Shown one piece after another: positions 16,890 through 25,386 of a stretch of DNA of 64,000 nt. Every line of letters begins with the position of its first letter. Within the stretch, counting starts at the first letter, position 1. The notes below the pieces were generated by a model. It saw only the letters and a program-made list of their open reading frames with translations. It made no database searches and was not told where the DNA came from. Both the position numbers and the translations under genes were made by a program. This DNA comes from Chloroflexota bacterium (GTDB lineage: Bacteria; Chloroflexota; Limnocylindria; Limnocylindrales; CSP1-4). Location of the stretch: NCBI GenBank assembly GCA_003171065.1, contig PMXQ01000149.1, forward strand, positions 123,558 to 187,557, read 5' to 3'.

Positions 16890-17936
16890 ATGATCCGGGG
16901 TTCGTGGCCACGGTTCATAAGCTTGGTAGCCAGGCGCAGGCAACAACTGGTACCAATTGCCTTCTGCCTGTCCGTGGCGGCAACGGGGTGTGCGTCTGGC
17001 GCCGGCACAACCGGCGCCACTACCGCACCTTCGACGACCAACGCCGTCTCGGTCGGTCTGACCGACTCGGCCGGGCCCACGGTCGTAGTGTCGGCGGAGG
17101 TGACGGGCATGTCGGCACCGCACCTCCTCGTCCTGGCCGATGGCGTCCAGGGTGGCGTCGGGCTATGGACGTACACAGGCGGCAGCTGGGCCCCGAAATG
17201 GCCGCTGCCGGGGGCCACTGCTCTCGATCGGGACGGACAGAGTCTGATCCTTGGAATCGGTGGATCGCTGGAGTTGCGAGCTGAAACCAGTCCGCAGACC
17301 CCTGTGGCGAGCCTATCGCCGCACTCGGGCAACAAGCTGCTCACCGGAACGATCGTGGGTCTGGATCGCTCTGACGCTGGCGTGACGGCGATCGCAGTGT
17401 CGGAGTCGGGCGGCCTGGCTTTCCAGCTGGTCGCAGCAGACGGGTCGACCGGCGAGCTCTCGCCAGCGCCGGACTCGCCGTTTGGTCCGTCCGTCGCGTG
17501 GGTCGACTCCGAGCGGCTGGCGGTGATATCGGACGACGCCCGGCAGATACCGCGTCTGGCGGTTGTCGACACCAAGAAGCACGAGATCGTGCTGCTGAGC
17601 GGGCTGGGGGGCGTGCGCGTCTTCGCCTTGTCGCCGGATCGGCGAACTCTGGTAGCGGCCACCGAGTCGGCAGTGTACGTGGCGCCGGTCGGCGACTGGC
17701 TGGGGGACGAAGAGCCGTCCAGGATGGTATCGCTCGATCCTTCGCAAGTGGTCTGGGATCTGGCGCTCAGCGCTGACGGTTCGCGCCTCGCGATGCTGTC
17801 CGGCACCGAGGACGCAAGCGGCGTCGTCGCAGACATCCATGAGATCACCTACGTTCGCAGCGGTTCGAGCTGGTCGGAGGAGACCGACTCGACCGTGCCG
17901 TTCAGCCGGGCGGTTGGCCAGGTCTGGCTGGATTGA
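16890..17936 (+). CDS. lipoprotein, beta-propeller-like (TolB/PD40-type repeats)
   Basis: Lipobox VAATGC. Repeated strands such as FALSPDRRTLVAAT and LALSADGSRLAMLS. Confidence 0.6.
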   Translation: MIRGSWPRFISLVARRRQQLVPIAFCLSVAATGCASGAGTTGATTAPSTTNAVSVGLTDSAGPTVVVSAEVTGMSAPHLLVLADGVQGGVGLWTYTGGSWAPKWPLPGATALDRDGQSLILGIGGSLELRAETSPQTPVASLSPHSGNKLLTGTIVGLDRSDAGVTAIAVSESGGLAFQLVAADGSTGELSPAPDSPFGPSVAWVDSERLAVISDDARQIPRLAVVDTKKHEIVLLSGLGGVRVFALSPDRRTLVAATESAVYVAPVGDWLGDEEPSRMVSLDPSQVVWDLALSADGSRLAMLSGTEDASGVVADIHEITYVRSGSSWSEETDSTVPFSRAVGQVWLD

Positions 17937-18009
17937 CCGCTCGAGCGCGGCCCATGAAGGCCCCTAGACCCCAAGCGATGAAGCCTCGCCCCTTTTACAC
18001 GCGAGCCGG

Positions 18010-18608
18010 GTGAGCGAAGGTCCCGCAGTTAGCACTGTCGAGGGTTCTCAATTCCGTCGCCTGTGGTTGGCGGCCGCCATTTCCTATCTCGGCGATGGCG
18101 TCGGCCTAACCGCCTTCCCGTCACCGACCTCGGCTATGGCCTTCTGCTCAGCTGCATCGGCGTTGGCGGCATTGTCGGAGCGATCGCGGCCAGCAAGATC
18201 GTTGCCCGCATCGGTCCGGCGGGCGCGCTCCGGCTCTCCACCTGCCTCAGCGCGCCGGCCGCGGGCATCACGGGGGCGATCCCGCATCCGGTCATCGTGG
18301 CGCTCGCTGTGTTCGCGTTCGGCTTCTCGATATCGCTCTGGAACGTGACCCACGTCGCCCTCCGCCAACAGTTGGTGCCAAACGAGCTTCGGGGAAGGGC
18401 GGCGGCGAGTAACAGGCTGATCACGTGGGGATCGCTGCCGATCGGCGAGGCCCTGGGTGGTGCGGTCGCGATGCTATATGGGCTGCGCGCTCCAATGCTT
18501 CTGGCTGCGATGCCGCTCGCGTTCGCGACGCTCGTCGCGTTTGCGAAAGTCACCCCTTCGGCCATAGCAACCGCACAGCAGCGCGCCGAGGCGCCGGCTC
18601 GGGCCTGA
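18010..18608 (+). pseudogene. MFS transporter remnant (internal deletion plus frame change)
   Basis: Frame 1 encodes an MFS_3 N-terminus (FRRLWLAAAISYLGDGVGLTAFP). Near 18118 the homology jumps to another frame and continues with the C-terminal half (DLGYGLLLSCIGVGGIVGAIAASKIV...). By comparison with the paralogue at 11844..13385, roughly 200 codons of the middle are missing. Confidence 0.6.
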
Positions 18609-18690
18609 CCACCCGTTCGCTGAGGCCACGATGAACTGACGTGGCGCTACGGCCTAGACCGCGTGGGCTTCCCGGTTTTGTCTCCGGAAC

Positions 18691-18699
18691 TGCTAGGAT
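18691..18699 (+). promoter_or_regulatory. extended -10 (TGcTAGGAT), 7 nt upstream of ATG 18707
   Basis: TG at 18691-18692 and TAGGAT at 18694-18699. No Shine-Dalgarno before ATG 18707. Confidence 0.35.
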
Positions 18700-18706
18700 G
18701 AGAAGC

Positions 18707-19141
18707 ATGAAAGAGTCGGGCGCGAGCCAAGGCCAGTCGGCATCGGAGCTCATCTCGAATAGATTCGCGGAACTCGGGGACTGGCGCGGGGGAACCCTCA
18801 GCAGAATGCGCGAGCTCATCAAGGAAGCAGACCCGGACGTCGTCGAGGAGTTGAAGTGGGTGAAGCCCTCGACCCCCGGCACCCCGGTTTGGTCGCACGA
18901 CGGGATCGTCTGTACTGGCGAATCCTACAAAAACGTCGTGAAGCTCACCTTCGCCAGGGGCGCGTCTCTGGCGGATCCGGCCGGTCTCTTCAACTCGAGT
19001 CTCGAGGGAAACGTACGCCGCGCGATCGACATCCACGAAGGGAAAGAAGTTGACGAGTCCGCCTTCAAGGCGCTCGTTCGCCAAGCGGTCGCCCTCAACA
19101 GTTCTGCCAAGTCGAAACCTTCGAAGAACGCGAAGTCCTAA
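18707..19141 (+). CDS. DUF1801 (YdhG-like) domain protein
   Basis: [63 protein letters not shown] is typical of DUF1801. An alternative ATG lies at 18698. Confidence 0.6.
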   Translation: MKESGASQGQSASELISNRFAELGDWRGGTLSRMRELIKEADPDVVEELKWVKPSTPGTPVWSHDGIVCTGESYKNVVKLTFARGASLADPAGLFNSSLEGNVRRAIDIHEGKEVDESAFKALVRQAVALNSSAKSKPSKNAKS

Positions 19142-19194
19142 GGTATTCCGCCCCTGAACAGGTCCGACATCTCTGTACGGAAACGCCCGACGGC

Positions 19195-19555
19195 CTTTTG
19201 TGGCGGGCCTGGCGCTTCTACGCTGCCCGAGGCATCACGATCGAGCGGATCCTGACCGGACGACGGCGGCTGCCATCGGAGCCGGGACTTCGCGGCGGCC
19301 TGCGACGAGCTCGGCATCGGCCATCGGTTCACCCGTCCGTACCGGCCCCAGACGAACGGCAAGGCTGAGCGGATGGTCAGGACCCTACTCGGCGAATGGG
19401 CCTACGCCCGGCCGTTCCGCGACACCGCCGAGAGGATCTCGCTCCTGCCGGTGTTCCTCGACTTCTACAATCGCGCCCGACCGCACTGGTCACTCGCCGG
19501 ACAGCCGCCGATCAGCCGGACGCCCGTCAACAACCCGACGGGGAAGAACACCTAG
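19195..19555 (+). mobile_element. IS481-family transposase remnant (C-terminal integrase-core fragment, frameshifted)
   Basis: [14 protein letters not shown], a +1 shift at 19258, then DDGGCHRSRDFAAACDELGIGHRFTRPYRPQTNGKAERMVRTLLGEWAYARPF...FYNRARPHWSLAGQPP. The N-terminal two thirds of the transposase and any inverted repeats are absent. Confidence 0.7.
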
Positions 19556-19583
19556 TCCGCCTGTGCTACGATGCGCGCCGCTC

Positions 19584-19661
19584 GGGCGGTTAGCTCAGCC
19601 TGGTTAGAGCGCATGCTTGACATGCATGAGGCCAGAGGTTCAAGTCCTCTACCGCCCACCA
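19584..19661 (+). tRNA. tRNA-Val (anticodon GAC), CCA encoded
   Basis: Hand-folded cloverleaf. Acceptor GGGCGGT/ACCGCCC, D stem GCTC/GAGC, anticodon stem CATGC/GCATG with loop TTGACAT, T stem AGAGG/CCTCT with loop TTCAAGT, discriminator A, then CCA. Confidence 0.9.
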
Positions 19662-19759
19662 TCGGGGCCGCGCCAGCGGCGCCGACCAACTGCATATCTA
19701 GAGCGATGAGCGGGACACGCTTCGCCAGCAAGATCCAAGAGAGCCGTCGAGGTGGCGGA

Positions 19760-19953
19760 GGTCACCGCTGAGATCGACGACGATTGTCGCCGGCGCAGGC
19801 ACCAACCGTGAGCGGCCGGGGGAACCGGCCCGGGATCCGCCCGTTAGAGCGGCTTGAGCGCGCGGCGCCCTGCAGGCAGAGTCTCAGGCGCCGCGAAGGC
19901 GGGTGGAACCGCGAGAGAAGCCTCTCGTCCTGTCGGACGGGAGGCTTTGTGTT
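19760..19953 (+). promoter_or_regulatory. T-box leader (transcription attenuation) of thrS
   Basis: T-box core GGGTGGAACCGCG at 19901-19913. Terminator AGCCTCTCGTCC-tgtc-GGACGGGAGGCT (19919-19946) followed by TTGTGTT. An alternative CGAGAG/CTCTCG antiterminator pairing is possible. Stem III-like GGCGCC...GGCGCC lies just upstream. ACC triplets at 19801 and 19824. The 5' boundary is uncertain. Confidence 0.7.
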
Positions 19954-19998
19954 CGGTCGACGACCACGCTGTAGCGGTAGTGAAGGCGGGCTGACAGG

Positions 19999-21861
19999 AT
20001 GAGCAACGACCAGCAGATCCAGGCGGCTCAGTCGGGCGGAGCCGAGCCCGCAGAACCCGAGGAGTTCTTCGATGCGGTCGAGCGCGGCTCCGTGGATGAG
20101 CTCCTGGATGCCGGCGCCCGCTCCGACCTGGATGCGATGCGCCATTCGGCCGCGCATGTGATGGCTGAAGCGGTGGTGGGGCTGTTCCCGGACGCGCAAC
20201 TTGGCATCGGGCCGTCGATCGACGACGGCTTCTACTACGACTTCCTGCTGCCTCGCCCGCTCACCCCCGACGACCTCGCTACCATAGAGAATGGGATGCG
20301 CGCCTCGGTCGCCGCCGACCACGCGTTCGTTCGCAAGGAGTTTCCGTTCGACAAGGGCCGCGCCTACTTCGAGGAGCGCAACCAGCCGTTCAAGGTGGAG
20401 ATCCTCGACGACCTGGCGACCCGATCCAGGGAGGCGGGTACCCGGCTTCCTCCGACCTCCACTTACCAGCACGGCCCGTTCGTCGATCTATGCAAGGGCC
20501 CTCACGTGGCCAGCACCGGCAAGATCGGCCCGTTCAAGCTGATGACAGTGGCCGGCGCCTACTGGCGCGGCTCCGAGAAGCGGCCCATGCTGCAGCGGAT
20601 CTACGGCACGGTGTGGCCGACTCAGGCAGAGCTCGAGGCATACCTGCACCGTCGCGAGGAGGCAAAGCGGCGGGACCACCGACGGCTCGGCGTTCAACTC
20701 GATCTCTTCAGCTTCCACGACGTCAGCCCGGGGTCGGCCTTCTGGCACCCGAAAGGCCAGCGACTCTGGAGGACGCTGGAGACCGCCATCCGAGAGGTCC
20801 AGGATCGCCGCGGCTACCAGGAGATCAGCACGCCGCTGCTGGTCCACAAGAAGCTGTGGGAGCAGTCGGGCCACTGGGCCAACTACAAGGACAACATGTT
20901 CATCCTCGAGTCCGAAGGTCAGACCTTCAGCCTCAAGCCGATGAACTGCCCCGAGAGCTCATTCATCTACAAGAGCAAGCTGCGCTCCTACCGGGACCTG
21001 CCGCTCCGCTACTCGGACTTCGGCCGCCTGCACCGAAACGAACGATCGGGCACGCTCTCCGGCCTGACGCGCGTCCGCCACTTCATCCAGGACGACGCCC
21101 ACATCTACCTTCGCCCCGACCAGCTCCAGGACGAGATCAAGGCGTTGTTGGGCGAGGTCTACGAGGTCTACGGCTGGTTCGGCCTGGAGCCACGCTTCAC
21201 CTTCGGCACCAAGCCCGACAAGGCACTTGGCGACCCCGCTCTGTGGGAGACCGCGGAGACGCAGATCAAGGCGGCGCTGGATTCACTCGGCAAGCCCTAC
21301 CGCCTCAAGCCCAAGGACGGCGCCTTCTACGCCCCCAAGATAGACATCCAGGTCGAGGATGCGTTGGGTCGTGAGTGGCAGACCGCCACCATCCAGGTGG
21401 ATCTCGTCATGCTGCCGGAGCGCTTCGACTGCACCTACATCGACGAAAACGGCCAGGCCGTCCGGCCGATGACAATTCACCGCGCAATCTACGGCTCGCT
21501 CGAGAGATTCATCGGCGTGCTCGTGGAGCATTTCGCGGGCGCGTTCCCCGTCTGGTGCGCACCCGTTCAGGCCGTCGTCATTCCGATCGCTGACCGGCAC
21601 GTCGAGGCAGCCCGAGAGCTGGCAGCGCTCCTGACGGGGCGGAAGCTTCGCGTCGAGGTTGACGACTCCGACAATCGGATGCAAAACAAGATCCGGCTGG
21701 CCCAGGAGCAGAAAGTGCCCTACATGCTCGTGCTGGGCGACCGAGAGGTCGAGGCGCGCACGGTCGCGATCCGCAACCGCGCCGGCGAGCAGGAGAACGG
21801 CATCACCTGGGACGTCTTCATCGATCGACTGGCCGCGGAGACCGCCGCCCGCAGACCGTGA
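19999..21861 (+). CDS. thrS: threonyl-tRNA synthetase
   Basis: 620 aa. HSAAHVMAEAV...IGPSIDDGFYYDF editing-domain signature, DHRRLGVQLDLFSF, class II catalytic core and a C-terminal anticodon-binding domain. Confidence 0.95.
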   Translation: MSNDQQIQAAQSGGAEPAEPEEFFDAVERGSVDELLDAGARSDLDAMRHSAAHVMAEAVVGLFPDAQLGIGPSIDDGFYYDFLLPRPLTPDDLATIENGMRASVAADHAFVRKEFPFDKGRAYFEERNQPFKVEILDDLATRSREAGTRLPPTSTYQHGPFVDLCKGPHVASTGKIGPFKLMTVAGAYWRGSEKRPMLQRIYGTVWPTQAELEAYLHRREEAKRRDHRRLGVQLDLFSFHDVSPGSAFWHPKGQRLWRTLETAIREVQDRRGYQEISTPLLVHKKLWEQSGHWANYKDNMFILESEGQTFSLKPMNCPESSFIYKSKLRSYRDLPLRYSDFGRLHRNERSGTLSGLTRVRHFIQDDAHIYLRPDQLQDEIKALLGEVYEVYGWFGLEPRFTFGTKPDKALGDPALWETAETQIKAALDSLGKPYRLKPKDGAFYAPKIDIQVEDALGREWQTATIQVDLVMLPERFDCTYIDENGQAVRPMTIHRAIYGSLERFIGVLVEHFAGAFPVWCAPVQAVVIPIADRHVEAARELAALLTGRKLRVEVDDSDNRMQNKIRLAQEQKVPYMLVLGDREVEARTVAIRNRAGEQENGITWDVFIDRLAAETAARRP

Positions 21862-21882
21862 ACCGCGGACCAGACGAATTGG

Positions 21883-22473
21883 CTAGCGAGCCAGATAGAG
21901 GGACCACCCGGTCTTGGTTGGATTGACGATCCAGATCTCCCAGCCCGCGTACGCAGATGTGATCGCGGTCCATTTGACGCTGACCACGAAGGCGTGGACC
22001 TGATCGATCTGCGGCATCCAGTTCGCCCCCTCGATCCACTGGCGCAGAGTCAGTGTGTTCGTCGGGCTCAACTCTTCCTGGTAGTCCGTACCGGCCGTGG
22101 CCAGGAACGCGGTCCGCTCCTTCGTGAAGCCGGCGATTGTGCCCCACTTGGAGAGACTCTGGCTGCTCCGGCTGAGAAGGGCCCAGGCCGCCCGATAATT
22201 GCCGGAAAGGAGGGCCTGCTCGTAGTTCTTGACCGCGTAGTAGGCTCCCGGCCCGCCCGTGGGCAGAGGAGTCGGCGTCGCGTTCGGGTTGACGGTGGCC
22301 GTTGGGGACGATGTCGGAGTGGGGGAGGAGGTCGGAGACGGGGTGGCCGTCGGAGACGGCGTGGGACTGGGGCTCGGGCTGGGGGAGGGCGTGGGCGTGG
22401 TGTTCTGGCATCCGGCGATTGCGGCCGCGACCAGAAACAGAGCCAGTGCAGACCCCAGTATCGACCGCCCCAT
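21883..22473 (-). CDS. lipoprotein of unknown function with a Pro/Thr/Ser-rich linker
   Basis: Lipobox AIAGC. About 50 residues of PT/PS repeats, then a globular about-120-aa domain. Convergent with thrS. Confidence 0.65.
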   Translation of the reverse strand: MGRSILGSALALFLVAAAIAGCQNTTPTPSPSPSPSPTPSPTATPSPTSSPTPTSSPTATVNPNATPTPLPTGGPGAYYAVKNYEQALLSGNYRAAWALLSRSSQSLSKWGTIAGFTKERTAFLATAGTDYQEELSPTNTLTLRQWIEGANWMPQIDQVHAFVVSVKWTAITSAYAGWEIWIVNPTKTGWSLYLAR

Positions 22474-22570
22474 GAGCGCTCCTCAGATCAACTTCGCGGG
22501 TGACGCGGGCATCATCACACACCGCTCGGAAAACGACGGCGAAACGGCGCGAAACGTGTCGGTCGCGCGT

Positions 22571-22600
22571 TTGCCGGTGCCGGAATCCCTGTGCTATAGT
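22571..22600 (+). promoter_or_regulatory. candidate promoter of infC-rpmI-rplT (TTGCCG-18 nt-TATAGT)
   Basis: TTGCCG at 22571-22576 and TATAGT at 22595-22600. CTATAGTCC resembles the CTATACTCC elements at 8231 and 49546. It would give a leader of about 105 nt. Confidence 0.45.
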
Positions 22601-22710
22601 CCCGCGGGCGACCGCCCGGCGCAGCCGTGCCCCGGGCTGGGGCGCTCGCCTGTTTCCGGGCAGAGTAACCCGGTCGCCGGCAACCGGAACACGTACAGAA
22701 GGGGTTCGCC

Positions 22711-23400
22711 ATCAGCCGAGACCTGCGCATCAATCAGATGATCCGTGTGTTCGACTTACGGGTTGTCGACGAAGACGGCAGCCAGCTTGGCGTCATGCGA
22801 ACAGCCGACGCCTTGAGGCTTGCGCAGGAGCGGGGGCTCGACCTGGTGGAGGTCGCACCGCTGGCAAGTCCCCCCGTGGCGCGACTCCTGGATTTCGGTC
22901 AGTACAAGTACGAGCTGACCAAGCGTGAGAAGGAAGCCAAGCGGCGGCAGCGGTCCGTTACGTTCAAGGAAGTGCGCCTGAAGCCGAAGATCGGGATAGG
23001 CGACTTCGATACGAAGGTCAGGCGCGCGATCGAGTTTCTGGAGGAAGGCGACAGGGTTAAGGTTGCGGTCCAGTTCCGTGGCCGCGAGCTCACCCACCCG
23101 CAGATCGGGCGCGATCTTCTGGACAAGTTCGCGGAGCAAATCAAGGATCACGGCGTCGTCGAGCGGCCTCCGATGCTCGAAGGCAAGTCGATGCACATAA
23201 GCGTGGCCTCGGTCCACAAGCCAAAGCCGCATGAGCCGACACCGGCCGCCGCGGCGAAGGGCCACGCCAGCACAGACGCAGACGGGGCGCCCGTTCTGGG
23301 CGCCGAAGAGACATCAGCCAGCGTGGAGACCCCGGCCAATCCGGAGGCTCCCGGACCCGAGCCGGAGGACGGCGCGGCGTCGAACGGGAAGGTGAACTGA
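22711..23400 (+). CDS. infC: translation initiation factor IF-3, probable non-AUG (ATC) start
   Basis: The conserved N-terminal LRINQMIRVFDLRVVDEDGSQLGV begins upstream of the first ATG (22738). There is an in-frame TAA at 22666 and no ATG/GTG/TTG between. ATC at 22711 lies 6 nt after GAAGGGG. About 50 aa of low-complexity C-terminal extension. Confidence 0.8.
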   Translation: MSRDLRINQMIRVFDLRVVDEDGSQLGVMRTADALRLAQERGLDLVEVAPLASPPVARLLDFGQYKYELTKREKEAKRRQRSVTFKEVRLKPKIGIGDFDTKVRRAIEFLEEGDRVKVAVQFRGRELTHPQIGRDLLDKFAEQIKDHGVVERPPMLEGKSMHISVASVHKPKPHEPTPAAAAKGHASTDADGAPVLGAEETSASVETPANPEAPGPEPEDGAASNGKVN

Positions 23401-23401
23401 C

Positions 23402-23605
23402 GTGCCGAAGATGAAGAGCCACAAGGGGACCCAGAAGCGGATCGGGGTCACCGGCAGTGGCAAGGCGTTCCGGGTCAAGTCCTGGCGCGGACACCACCTC
23501 GAGTTGAAGTCCTCGCGGCGCACGCGCCGCTACGACGGCAAGGAGCTCGTCGGCGGCGAGTCTCTCGACCAGATCCGCCGGCTGCTGCCGTACCTGGGAG
23601 TCTGA
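23402..23605 (+). CDS. rpmI: 50S ribosomal protein L35
   Basis: MPKMKSHKGTQKRIGVTGSGK... with a GTG start 1 nt after the infC stop. Confidence 0.9.
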   Translation: MPKMKSHKGTQKRIGVTGSGKAFRVKSWRGHHLELKSSRRTRRYDGKELVGGESLDQIRRLLPYLGV

Positions 23606-23611
23606 TTTTCG

Positions 23612-23968
23612 ATGGCACGCGTCAAGCGAGGCGTAACCGCCCACCGCCGCCACAAGCGGCTTCTCCACGACGCCGAGGGCCGCTCCGGCACCAACTCGAA
23701 GCTCGTGAAGCGAGCCCATGAGTCGATGCTGCATGCGCTGGCATACGCGACCCGCGACCGCAAGCAGCGCAAGCGCCAGATGCGCGAACTCTGGATCATC
23801 CGCATCAACGCGGCCGCTCGCCAGAACGGCACCACCTACGGGAAGTTGATCGCCGGTCTGAAGGCCGCGAACATCGACCTCGATCGCAAGATCCTCGCCG
23901 ATCTGGCCGTCCGCGACAATTCGGCGTTCGCGCAGGTGGTAGCTGTCGCCGGTAAGGCGTCGGCCTGA
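23612..23968 (+). CDS. rplT: 50S ribosomal protein L20
   Basis: [18 protein letters not shown]...[26 protein letters not shown]. Confidence 0.95.
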   Translation: MARVKRGVTAHRRHKRLLHDAEGRSGTNSKLVKRAHESMLHALAYATRDRKQRKRQMRELWIIRINAAARQNGTTYGKLIAGLKAANIDLDRKILADLAVRDNSAFAQVVAVAGKASA

Positions 23969-23974
23969 GCCCTG

Positions 23975-23995
23975 CCGGCCGGAGACGGCCGGTTC
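23975..23995 (+). terminator. weak hairpin after rplT
   Basis: CCGGCCG-GAGA-CGGCCGG followed only by TT, so a poor U-tract. Confidence 0.3.
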
Positions 23996-24004
23996 ACAGG
24001 AAGT

Positions 24005-24288
24005 CGAGGCGAGGACGGAGAAGAGGCGATGACAGATCCCCCAGGGAGGACGGGTCGGCGACTGGAAGCCCGTCCGGGATCGGTTTCGCTGGTTCGCTCC
24101 AGAGCCGTCCGCTGAACCTCTGACGCACGGGCGTCTGGGCAAGTAGGCGAACCGGTCGGTCCCCGATATCGGACCCATACAAGCGCCCCGGAGGCCTACC
24201 GCCCGCCGGGGAAGCGGGGTGGTACCGCGAGCCCTCGACTCGTCCCCGTGTCCGAACGGGACGCGGACAGTCGAGGGCTCTAGATTCC
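24005..24288 (+). promoter_or_regulatory. T-box leader of pheST
   Basis: Stem I base GGACGG/CCGTCC (24014/24105), upper stem GATCCC/GGGATC, and TTC triplets at 24085 and 24093 on the 3' side. Canonical T-box GGGTGGTACCGCG at 24217-24229. Long terminator-like hairpin GAGCCCTCGACT...AGTCGAGGGCTC (24229-24280). Confidence 0.75.
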
Positions 24289-24348
24289 TGGAGCAGCCCG
24301 GGTGGACGCCGAGCGACCCGGCCCGACGAGAAGACGAGGAAATGTGGC

Positions 24349-25386
24349 GTGGACTTCGAGAGCCTGAGCGGAGACCTGCATCGCCTGAGGGATCTTGCGC
24401 TGGCTGAGATCGCCAAAGCGGCAGATCCGGCCGCGCTCGACCAGTTGCAGATCCAGTATCTGGGCAAGAAGGGCGACCTCACGGCCGTCCTGCGCGGGAT
24501 TGGAGCGCTGCCGCCGGAAGACCGGCCGCGCGTCGGTGCCGTGGCCAACGAAATCGGAGAGGCCGTCAAGACGGCCCTGGCCGAGCGCGGCTCCGAGCTA
24601 CGGTCCGTCGTGCAGGCGCAGCGGCTTGTGGCGGAGAAGGCGGACGTGACCCTGCCGGGTCGGACCGTTCCCCGAGGCACGCTTCACCCCATTCCGGAGA
24701 CGGTCGCGGCGATCACGGAGGTTTTCGGACAGTTCGGGTTCGTGGTCTACGAGGGGCCCGAGGTCGAGGACGACCTGACCAATTTCCAGATGCTCAACAT
24801 CGCCCCGGACCATCCAGCTCGGGACCTGTGGGACACGCTGTACGTGGACATTCCGGGGCATCTGCTGCGAACCCATACGAGCCCCGGCCAGATCCGGGTG
24901 ATGCAGTCGACCAGGCCGCCAATTCGGGCGCTCCTTCCGGGTCGCTGCTTCCGCTACGAGGCGGTCGACGCCAGCCACGGCTTCGAGTTCTTCCAGGTCG
25001 AGGGGCTGATGGTCGACGAGGGAACCTCGATGGCGGACCTGAAGGGCCTGCTCGACGAGTTCGCCCATGCCCTCTTCGGGCCGCGCAAGACGCGCTTCCG
25101 GCCCGGGTACTACCCGTTCACGGAGCCGTCGGTCGCCTTCGACGTGGAATGCGTCGTGTGCGGTGGCGTGGGCTGCCCGGCCTGCTCCAAGACGGGCTGG
25201 ATGACGATCCTGGGCGCCGGCATGGTCCACCCGGTTGTCCTCCAGTACGGCGGAATAGACCCCGAGCGATACCAGGGCTTCGCCTTCGGCATGGGCGTGG
25301 AGCGCATCGCCAACCTGCGCCATGCCGTTCCGGACCTGCGCTACTACCTCGAGAACGATCTGCGCTTCCTGGAGCAGTTCCGATGA
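24349..25386 (+). CDS. pheS: phenylalanyl-tRNA synthetase alpha subunit
   Basis: FRYEAVDASHGFEFFQVEG and GFAFGMGVERI class II motifs. GTG start. Confidence 0.95.
   Translation: MDFESLSGDLHRLRDLALAEIAKAADPAALDQLQIQYLGKKGDLTAVLRGIGALPPEDRPRVGAVANEIGEAVKTALAERGSELRSVVQAQRLVAEKADVTLPGRTVPRGTLHPIPETVAAITEVFGQFGFVVYEGPEVEDDLTNFQMLNIAPDHPARDLWDTLYVDIPGHLLRTHTSPGQIRVMQSTRPPIRALLPGRCFRYEAVDASHGFEFFQVEGLMVDEGTSMADLKGLLDEFAHALFGPRKTRFRPGYYPFTEPSVAFDVECVVCGGVGCPACSKTGWMTILGAGMVHPVVLQYGGIDPERYQGFAFGMGVERIANLRHAVPDLRYYLENDLRFLEQFR

Noticed and set aside
19999-20150. The ThrRS N-terminus seems to lack a recognisable TGS domain; about 48 residues precede the HSAAH editing-domain motif.
   Set aside because: I cannot judge domain presence reliably by eye. 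The total length (620 aa) is close to normal, so a profile search is needed before calling it unusual.
22601-22710. Possible L20-binding leader or attenuator in the infC 5' UTR.
   Set aside because: Several short GC hairpins can be drawn. I could identify neither a terminator with a U-tract nor a 23S-mimic structure, so this stays speculative and is mentioned only under the infC finding.
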